This document shows, piece after piece, positions 1-6,875 of a stretch of DNA of 29,977 bases. Position numbers and translations under genes: made by a program. The DNA comes from Abditibacteriaceae bacterium. GTDB taxonomy: Bacteria > Armatimonadota > Abditibacteriia > Abditibacteriales > Abditibacteriaceae. The stretch's first letter is position 1. Every line of letters starts with the position of its first letter. The notes under the pieces were generated by a model that was given only the letters and a program-made list of their open reading frames with translations, had not been told where the DNA came from and ran no database searches. The stretch lies in the NCBI GenBank assembly GCA_031425655.1, contig JANPJS010000130.1:1-29977 (forward strand). Reading direction: 5' to 3'.

Positions 1-385
1 TGGTTGGCTTTATGCCGCCGCACCCGCCAAGTGCTCGCCTATGCCATTGGAGCACGGGATGACGCCACATGTCGCATATTGTGGTCGCGCATTCCGGCTC
101 GCTATCGCTTTGGTCGGCTTTACACCGACTTCTGGGAAAGCTATCGCAATGAGTTGCCGATAGGCCAACATTGGCCAGTGGCTAAGGAGGAGGGAGAAAG
201 GCCAGTGGCTAAGGAGGAGGGAGAAACCAATCATATTGAACGCTTCAACCTCACTCTACGCCAACGATTAGGGCGCTTTACTCGTAAAACGCTCTCCTTT
301 TCCAATGTGTGATGTCATGCACGAAACCTGCTTGCGCCTGTTCTTGCACGAATATAACCTACACTGCGCCTACAACTACCTGTGA
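1..385 (+). mobile_element. IS1-family transposase (InsB-like DDE domain), 3' part, apparently frameshifted
   Basis: Motifs WLALCRRTRQVLAYAIG, LYTDFWESY and GETNHIERFNLTLRQRLGRFTRKTLSFS match IS1 InsB. The frame stops at 312, but the +1 frame from 308 continues CDVMHETCLRLFLHEYN to TGA at 383-385, like the usual InsB C-terminus. Truncated by the window start. Confidence 0.85.
173..226 (+). repeat. Perfect 27-bp tandem duplication inside the transposase
   Basis: GGCCAGTGGCTAAGGAGGAGGGAGAAA at 173-199 and 200-226; in frame (PVAKEEGE twice). Confidence 0.95.
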
Positions 386-411
386 ACCAACACCTAAGTT
401 TGGACCAAAAA

Positions 412-1632
412 ATGAAAAATCAATTCAGGATGTTTGTAATTTTGCCGCTCTTGTTATCTTGCGCGCTGCGTCCGGCAACGGCGAACCTTTGGGCAAGTAG
501 CACGGTAGAATTGCCGCAGTTCATTGAGCGTGCGGAGGCCATTTGCGCCGGCACAGTGACTGAAGTGCGGCCCGCAGGTAGAGCGATGGTGATGCCAGTT
601 CTCATTGGCCAGACGCGAACTTGGGAAGCTGAGACTGGTATTGGAGAATTCGTCGTGGAAGATGTCCTCAAAGGCCAGCTTAAGCGCCCGAAAATCTCGG
701 TTGTTTTTCCCATTAGATACATATTGCCTGATCAAGACAGAAAGACAGGATTGGGTTGGCAGCCGAGTGAACCTGTGCCATTGGCAGCGGGCGAGCGAGT
801 CATCTTGTTTTTGAAGTCGTCCGGCGAGGATGGCGTGTGGAACGTATTGGCGCCTTCAAATCGTCCGCGTCCGAGAATTCCCATTGAAGACGTGTCGCTT
901 GAGGCCTCTGAAAAACAGTTGCCGACCTTACGGCGCTTACTCGTTTATTTAGCGCGAGCCTTGAATGGCGGCAATACACAACAGCAACATGAAAGTCTGA
1001 ACCATCTTTACAGCCTGAGTCTTTATCTTCATCCTGCGCGTAAATCCCTATTGTCTTGGGAATCTATGATGAATTGGCGCGCCGCTGCGCAAGAGCCAGT
1101 CGAGGCGGGTTTAGAAGATTGGGTTAAGCAAAATGTGCGTCCCGCTCTGCGTAAATTAGCCGACTCAGACAAAACAATGAGGCAAAGTGCTTTATACATC
1201 GCGGCGCATTTGCAGGATGTGGAGGCGGCGAAATCGCTTCTCGAAGCAGCTAATCCCAGTGATTCTTCATACAGCAGTGCCCATTATGTGCTGGGACATT
1301 TGCGCACAACCGAAGCGACCGAATTTTTGATTTCCGTTCTCAAGAACCGCAAACTGGGATGGGAAAGGCCGGCGGCCATTGCTTTAGGTAATATCACGGA
1401 TGCACGAAGCGTTCCGGCTTTGTTAGAAGCTTTGAACGATACCAATGCGCCAACCAGAGCTTTCATTATTGACGCTTTACGTTTGATTACTTCTGTGGAT
1501 GGCCCCACATCTTCGTTTCAAGAGCAACCAGAGCAGCAAGAACACATTGATTTCTGGAACGATTGGGCTATGGAAAATCAAGCGCAGTTGCAGCGATGGC
1601 GCGATCAACTGAAAGTGCAAACAGCGCCTTAA
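412..1632 (+). CDS. Secreted HEAT-repeat (PBS-lyase-like) domain protein
   Basis: ATG at 412 gives a signal-peptide-like N-terminus (MKNQFRMFVILPLLLSCALRPATA). C-terminal HEAT-like repeats such as AAIALGNITDARSVPALLEALNDTNAPTRAFIIDALRLIT. Confidence 0.75.
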   Translation: MKNQFRMFVILPLLLSCALRPATANLWASSTVELPQFIERAEAICAGTVTEVRPAGRAMVMPVLIGQTRTWEAETGIGEFVVEDVLKGQLKRPKISVVFPIRYILPDQDRKTGLGWQPSEPVPLAAGERVILFLKSSGEDGVWNVLAPSNRPRPRIPIEDVSLEASEKQLPTLRRLLVYLARALNGGNTQQQHESLNHLYSLSLYLHPARKSLLSWESMMNWRAAAQEPVEAGLEDWVKQNVRPALRKLADSDKTMRQSALYIAAHLQDVEAAKSLLEAANPSDSSYSSAHYVLGHLRTTEATEFLISVLKNRKLGWERPAAIALGNITDARSVPALLEALNDTNAPTRAFIIDALRLITSVDGPTSSFQEQPEQQEHIDFWNDWAMENQAQLQRWRDQLKVQTAP

Positions 1633-1694
1633 ACCAAAACGCGAAATTTGAATTTGAAACTGAATCCGCTATCAAAAGCGAGTCAAATTCCGGT

Positions 1695-3863
1695 TTATTG
1701 GCCTTGCCGGAGAAAGTTCTTGCGCGGCTTTTTCAATTCCAAAATCGGCATCAACGTCGCATCATCCGCATCGGGAGCAGAGCGCAAAATATATTTGATG
1801 CCGAGTTGCGTGTCGTTTAGCTGCCGCCGCGCGTTGAAGCGAAAACGATGGTTTAAACCAATTTCGCTCAACGGAATTTGCATCTCGACGTTGTAAAAGT
1901 CGCGCGAGGCGCGTGCGGCGAACTTCCACTTCACGCCTTCGATCCGAAAATGACCTTCGCGCGTGTGCTTTTCGACGACGCCTTTTCCCGACGGTGTGAC
2001 GACAAAACGCCAGCGCATTTTCGCATCTGTCGGCGCCAAATCCACCGCGAACCATTCGCCTTTGACGACTTCAGCGAAAGCGCGCGGCATCAGCGGACAG
2101 CGCGCCGCGACGAGCAAATTTCCGCCATCGTGCGCCGTCCAAAGTGTTGTCTTCACGGGCGCGATTTCGGAGGGTAGGCGGCGCAATGCGCGTCGGTATC
2201 TGTTCTGTTCGTGCCAAGTTGCATCGTTGAGTTGCCCGTCAATTATGGGCATCGGCGCCGATTCGGGATAGGGGAGGTTCAAAGGATTAGGCCCAACAAA
2301 ACCTGAAACTGCAATTAGGTTTATTTCGCCTGTCAGCATGGAAAAAAGCAGTTTGCGTCCCCTTGTGACGTCTGCAACTTCAACGTTCTGAGAAGGCGGC
2401 AAGTCAAATTCATAGGGCATAGTTCCAAAGAAGTGAGAATTTTTGGTTTTCGCCAACAACATCATAAACAACTCGTAATCCTCAAGCGCATCGCGCAAAA
2501 GCATCAAGCGAATGCTGGGCAGCGGCCTTAAATCTTCGGAGTCGAGCGCGGCGGCGGGATAAAGCAGCGTGCCGTCGCCGTTAGTGCCGCCAAACGATTC
2601 GAGATTCTCCAACGGCTTTGGCCCCCAGCCATGCGCCATCGAATAAACGAAGCCGTTGATGCCGTGCCGTGCCATCAGCCAGCCGTAAACGCGAATTGAA
2701 GCCGCGTCATCGTCCAGAAGCCAAGTCGGGTAAGGGTAGCGCGGCCAAGCCATCGTATACCACCACGTTTCGCGGCCTTTTTTGCGCTCGGCAGCGAGCG
2801 CGTCGAAATCGAGATGGCCCAGCCCGAAAAAATCGCCGATGTTCGGGCACCAAATGTCTGCCGCGCCGGCCAGCGCGTGATTGGGATGCGCCGTCACGCA
2901 ATGGCGAATGCCCAGAGCGCGCAGCTTTTTCGTGGCGGCTTTTACCGCGTCATATTTTTCAGGCGCCGGCTCGTCAATCCAATAATAATAGGCTTTGCGA
3001 AGCGCGTTCGCCTTTTTGAAAGCGTCCAACGCGGCGGAGAAATCGGGGTGGTCGAGAGGCGGCGTGCGAACCGAAAGCACACGCGGGTCGCGCAGATATT
3101 TTTGCGCGGCCTCGCTGTTCCACGCGACCGGCAAATCGTAGGCATTCAGGCGATAATCGAGCAGAAAATCGTAGTAGTTTTGCTTCAATGCGGCGAACTG
3201 CGAATCGTTGAGCGCGCGGGCGTTTTTCGCATACCAATCGCGCAGAACGTCGTAATAAACCGCGACGTTGGCGCGAAAAGTCGGTGCCGGCAGCGTCACG
3301 TTTTCGACGCGCAAGCGAATCGGAATGGCTTTTGTCTGCGAATCGGCGCGGATTTGGATTTGGCCGGAATAATCGCCCGGCGCGGCGTTTTCCGGCACGC
3401 GAATATTAATCCACAAAACGCGTGCACGACGCGGCGCCAGCGAGGTGTCGGTTTGAATTTCGGCGGGAATTAAAGCATCCGGCCACCACAGTTTTTGCAA
3501 TCGCCGGTTGCCGCTCGGATGCGGCACGTAAACGTAGTTTTCCCAGAAAATGTGAATATATTCGTCAACGATGCGGGCGTTGCGGGAAGTCAGATCGCTG
3601 AGAATGGGGTGAACATTCTTGATAGCTTCATCGCCGGCCTGCACGACGATTTGAAAACTTTCCCATTCGCCTCGCGCCGCTCGAAGTGTCACCGGTGCGC
3701 TGTGATATTTTTCGAGTAAGCCGGGCGCCGTCGCGGTCAGCTTTTGCAACGACGAAACCGGCGTGACTTGCCAATCCGCCGCCGCGCATGAAAAAAACCA
3801 CGGATGCACACCGATAAACACAGATAAGAAAACCAAAAATAATCTGCGTTTATCGGTGTGCAT
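1695..3863 (-). CDS. DUF4091 / GH123-like glycoside hydrolase with C-terminal CBM9-like domain
   Basis: 722-aa ORF with AARGEWESFQIV, WPDALIP, LWINIRVP..PG.Y.G, a catalytic-type WIDEP motif, WWY, NGDGTLLYP and PSIRLMLLRDALEDYE. PIIDGQLNDATW...VEMQIPLSEIG resembles CBM9/DOMON-like folds. SD AAGGA lies 7 nt upstream of the ATG. Confidence 0.8.
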   Translation of the reverse strand: MHTDKRRLFLVFLSVFIGVHPWFFSCAAADWQVTPVSSLQKLTATAPGLLEKYHSAPVTLRAARGEWESFQIVVQAGDEAIKNVHPILSDLTSRNARIVDEYIHIFWENYVYVPHPSGNRRLQKLWWPDALIPAEIQTDTSLAPRRARVLWINIRVPENAAPGDYSGQIQIRADSQTKAIPIRLRVENVTLPAPTFRANVAVYYDVLRDWYAKNARALNDSQFAALKQNYYDFLLDYRLNAYDLPVAWNSEAAQKYLRDPRVLSVRTPPLDHPDFSAALDAFKKANALRKAYYYWIDEPAPEKYDAVKAATKKLRALGIRHCVTAHPNHALAGAADIWCPNIGDFFGLGHLDFDALAAERKKGRETWWYTMAWPRYPYPTWLLDDDAASIRVYGWLMARHGINGFVYSMAHGWGPKPLENLESFGGTNGDGTLLYPAAALDSEDLRPLPSIRLMLLRDALEDYELFMMLLAKTKNSHFFGTMPYEFDLPPSQNVEVADVTRGRKLLFSMLTGEINLIAVSGFVGPNPLNLPYPESAPMPIIDGQLNDATWHEQNRYRRALRRLPSEIAPVKTTLWTAHDGGNLLVAARCPLMPRAFAEVVKGEWFAVDLAPTDAKMRWRFVVTPSGKGVVEKHTREGHFRIEGVKWKFAARASRDFYNVEMQIPLSEIGLNHRFRFNARRQLNDTQLGIKYILRSAPDADDATLMPILELKKPRKNFLRQGQ

Positions 3864-3871
3864 CTGTGGTT
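3796..3871. repeat. Palindromic REP-like element, copy 1 (AACCACGGATGCACAC...GTGTGCATCTGTGGTT)
   Basis: Arms of about 30 bp in inverted orientation; overlaps the start of the 1695..3863 CDS. Confidence 0.9.
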
Positions 3872-3939
3872 CCTTTCAAAAACCGCGAGAAAGTAGCGGC
3901 AGAATGTGCGCTTCTACGTCGGTTGTTGCACATGAAAAA

Positions 3940-4015
3940 AACCACGGATGCACACAGATGAACACAGATAAGAAAACCAAAACTAATCTGTGTTTATCGG
4001 TGTGCATCCGTGGTT
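3940..4015. repeat. Palindromic REP-like element, copy 2
   Basis: Near-identical to 3796-3871, offset by 144 bp, including the CATGAAAAAA flank. Confidence 0.9.
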
Positions 4016-4019
4016 AAAA

Positions 4020-4115
4020 TCAAAAACTGCACGCGAAAGCGGTCAGAGCGCAAACCGCCAGCAAACCAATCAACATGATCAGACCACATCCCGGCCCACA
4101 GCCTTGTTGTTGCAT
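4020..4115 (-). CDS. Putative 31-aa small membrane protein MQQQGCGPGCGLIMLIGLLAVCALTAFACSF
   Basis: Translated by hand; below the ORF-track cutoff. AAGGAG SD overlaps the upstream stop codon, 4 nt before the ATG. One hydrophobic helix. Confidence 0.5.
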   Translation of the reverse strand: MQQQGCGPGCGLIMLIGLLAVCALTAFACSF

Positions 4116-4124
4116 ATCGCTCCT

Positions 4125-5018
4125 TTAAAGCAGCGGAAGAATGTGCGCGTCTACGTCGGCATCGTTTTGCGGAAGCGGCACATTGGGGAAAAGGCGCCAC
4201 GTTTCGGTGTGTTCGACAAACGCTCCGGGTTCGACGCGCGTTAACGGCCCCAGAGTCTCGACTTCCAGCATTGCCTCGTTGGTGAACGTCTCGAAATTGC
4301 AGCCCATGTCGGCGTAATTTGCAGCCGCGTCATAGGAAAATTGCGTCACGAAAAGCCCGCCGGCGTTCGCATAAGCCGCCCAACCCGGCGTGTTGCGCAA
4401 GCCGACTTTCTGAGGCACATCGTTATTTTCGTCCTGGCGCAGCAGAATGTATTTTTCGCCCCACGTCCAGCGCGGGTCGTTCATCGCCGTGAACGTCCAC
4501 AGCGTGAGCGTGTTGCCCGGAAGCAGGTTTTCGGGATGTGTGTCGCGCGGCGGCAAAGGCGCGATGCCAACTCCGCCCGGCGCCATCACGGATAACGCCC
4601 ACGGCGCGAATTCCGCCGCCCATTCGTGCCGATTAGTGATGCGGTGAACCACTTTCACTTCTGCCGAATCGGGCGACAAAGTAATGTCCATCTCTTTTTG
4701 CAATCGCGTGGTCGGCTCGACATCCTGAATCGTGCGCACGAAATCGCCGTGATCTTCGATTCTCACCGGCGCGTTGTCGGGAAAATAGGTGCGAGGCTCG
4801 GCTTCCGGCGCGTGCCACAAACGATGGCCGCCATAAATGCGCCACGTTTCGCCGCCGGTTTTGCCCATCATCGCGTCGAATTCCTTGAAAACATTGGCTT
4901 GTCCTTCAAAGCCGAAGCGAATCACGCGCGGGCCGACATCACCCGTGATAATCAGGTCAACGAGGCCGTTTGCCAGACGATAACAGTTGGGCCAGCCTTT
5001 ATATTCAACTTTTTGCAT
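4125..5018 (-). CDS. Conserved hypothetical protein, galactose-mutarotase-like beta-sandwich (DUF4380-like)
   Basis: ATG at 5018 with SD GAAAGGA. Motifs VGPRVIRFG, YGGHRLWHAPE, LEVETLGP and VEHTETW. Confidence 0.7.
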   Translation of the reverse strand: MQKVEYKGWPNCYRLANGLVDLIITGDVGPRVIRFGFEGQANVFKEFDAMMGKTGGETWRIYGGHRLWHAPEAEPRTYFPDNAPVRIEDHGDFVRTIQDVEPTTRLQKEMDITLSPDSAEVKVVHRITNRHEWAAEFAPWALSVMAPGGVGIAPLPPRDTHPENLLPGNTLTLWTFTAMNDPRWTWGEKYILLRQDENNDVPQKVGLRNTPGWAAYANAGGLFVTQFSYDAAANYADMGCNFETFTNEAMLEVETLGPLTRVEPGAFVEHTETWRLFPNVPLPQNDADVDAHILPLL

Positions 5019-5035
5019 GGATGTCCTTTCGAGTT

Positions 5036-5812
5036 TCAAGCGTGCAGACGCGAGGCTTCGTTGGCATAACCGGCGTCTACGAATTCGGCGTCGGAGGGTA
5101 GGGTGAAAGCGTTGGCCAAAAATTGTTCGATGCGGCGCCAAAGCAAAGCTGCCGGAGGCGTGTCTTCACGCCAAAAGCGGCCCGTTGTGCCGGAAAAAAC
5201 CTTGACTTCGTGGATTTTGTCGTGTTCGATCAAGCGTTCGCGCAGACGCGAAATCTCACCACGCGGCTGAGCATCGTTTTCAGCGAAAGCGGCGAAAACC
5301 GCACCTTCGATATCGGCCACGAAATTGAGCGGCGAACCGGTGTGATTTTGCGAATGCGACGGATAAGTGATGTCGCCGCCCACATTTACCACGGCGCGAA
5401 GACGCGCATCGTGAGCCGCGGCCATCAGCGCAAACGCGCCGCCCCAGCCCCAGCCCAACACGCCCAGAGCGTTTTTATTGACCGCTTCGTGCCCGCGCAA
5501 AAAGCCCGAAACAGCCAGAATATCGCTGATGACTTCGCTGTCGGGCAGGGTAAAAAGAAAATCCTGCCGCGCCACTTCGGAATCGTCCTGCGGGGCGGGG
5601 CGCCGCGCGAAAAGATCGGGCAGCGCCACGATGTAGCCGGATTCGGCCAGGCGCGCCCCTGCGGCGCGCAGAAAATCGTCCGGCCCGCTTTCTTCGTGCA
5701 AAAGCAAAAGTGCGGGGCGCACGGCGATGGCGCTGCTTTGGTCGCCGGGAACCCAAAATTCTACGGGAATGTCGAAATTGTGATGATTAACGATTATGGC
5801 TTCGGCAGACAT
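5036..5812 (-). CDS. Dienelactone hydrolase-family protein with degenerate active site
   Basis: PALLLLHE..G, RLAESGYIVALPDLF, GVLGWGWGG and FAENDA match the family. The nucleophile Cys and catalytic His are not present. Confidence 0.85.
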   Translation of the reverse strand: MSAEAIIVNHHNFDIPVEFWVPGDQSSAIAVRPALLLLHEESGPDDFLRAAGARLAESGYIVALPDLFARRPAPQDDSEVARQDFLFTLPDSEVISDILAVSGFLRGHEAVNKNALGVLGWGWGGAFALMAAAHDARLRAVVNVGGDITYPSHSQNHTGSPLNFVADIEGAVFAAFAENDAQPRGEISRLRERLIEHDKIHEVKVFSGTTGRFWREDTPPAALLWRRIEQFLANAFTLPSDAEFVDAGYANEASRLHA

Positions 5813-5830
5813 GGAAAATTGTCCTTGATT

Positions 5831-6496
5831 TCAGGTTTGCTGGAAAAAGGCGGCTGCGTTCAACAGCGCCGGATTGCTGAGCTTTTCGTGGCCAACGGTG
5901 GTAGCGTCGAAGTGGCCGGGCAAGAGCCGGGTTTGGCCCGGCAAACTGGTCAGCAAACGCAGCGACGCTTCAAGCTGCGTGGCCGATGCGCCGGGTAAAT
6001 CTACGCGCCCGGCGCCGCCGGGGAAAATGACATCGCCCGACACGCAAAATTCGCTTTCGGCAAAATAAAACGACACCGAACCCGGCGAATGACCGGGCGT
6101 GTGCAGCACTTGCGCTTCGTGGCGGCCTAATCGCAGGGTTTGCCCATCTTGCAAAAACTGATCGGGAATTACCTGTTCGGGCGGCTCGAAACCGAACCAC
6201 ATCGCTTGTTCGCGCAATCGTTCGACGAAAAACAAATCGGCGTCATGCATCAAAAGCGGCACGTTGAAAGCGGTTTTCCACAAGTGGTTGTCGAAGATAT
6301 GATCGAAGTGTCCGTGCGTGTTCCAAATAGCTTGCAAACGCAGGCCGGAGGCCTCAAGTTCGTGCGCTCTCTGCAAGACCGGGGAGCTTTCTATCGAGGG
6401 ATCAATGACGACAAATTGGCCGGCTTCGCGGTCAATGACCAGATAAATATTGTTGGCCATTGGGCCGCGCGTGAAGGTTTCGACACTCAGTTGCAC
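5831..6496 (-). CDS. MBL-fold metallo-hydrolase (glyoxalase II-like)
   Basis: THGHFDH, HTPGHSPGS, SGDVIF, GRVDLPG and LPGH. The GTG start lies 7 nt after an extended -10 (TGcTAACAT), so it may be leaderless. Confidence 0.92.
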   Translation of the reverse strand: MQLSVETFTRGPMANNIYLVIDREAGQFVVIDPSIESSPVLQRAHELEASGLRLQAIWNTHGHFDHIFDNHLWKTAFNVPLLMHDADLFFVERLREQAMWFGFEPPEQVIPDQFLQDGQTLRLGRHEAQVLHTPGHSPGSVSFYFAESEFCVSGDVIFPGGAGRVDLPGASATQLEASLRLLTSLPGQTRLLPGHFDATTVGHEKLSNPALLNAAAFFQQT

Positions 6497-6535
6497 ACGC
6501 CTAATGTTAGCAAAAACGCCGCGTCCGAGGCGCAG

Positions 6536-6713
6536 GGCAATCGCATTAGAATTTTCGGTGTTTTACGGAACTTGCCGGGCGAATAAATTCGCGGCAACAA
6601 AGCGGCAAAGTCCACCTTCGTGGACTAAAAACTAAGATTTTAGTCGCCGTAGGGCGACTTTGCTGCTTTGTTGCCGCGAATTTATTCGCCCGGCAGGTTC
6701 TAATGCGATTGCC
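6536..6713. repeat. Large composite palindrome (REP/REPIN-like) between divergent genes
   Basis: 45-bp arms at 6568-6612 and 6656-6700; inner hairpins at 6609-6626 and 6642-6659; outer IR at 6536-6551 and 6698-6713. Confidence 0.9.
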
Positions 6714-6875
6714 GCGTCCGAGGCGATGTTTAGAAGCAAGAATCGGGCGGTGAAGTATAATGGAATCAGGGAATGTCTAAAGGCAGACGCGCCCGGCGTG
6801 CAAGCAGCAATCATCGTGGCGAATGGCTGCGGCGTCGCTGGAAGGCTCTGGTAGTTTTCGCCGTGAGGAGGCCAT

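Noticed and set aside
386..411. Terminal inverted repeat of the IS1 element
   Set aside because: The left end is outside the window, so no IR or target duplication can be verified.
3787..4017. Possible CRISPR array (repeat-spacer-repeat)
   Set aside because: Only two units of about 85 bp, far longer than CRISPR repeats. The spacer derives from the neighbouring gene, and no cas genes are present.
5019..5141. Arg-rich extension of the 4125..5141 ORF
   Set aside because: It overlaps the upstream gene, and ATG 5018 has a good SD.
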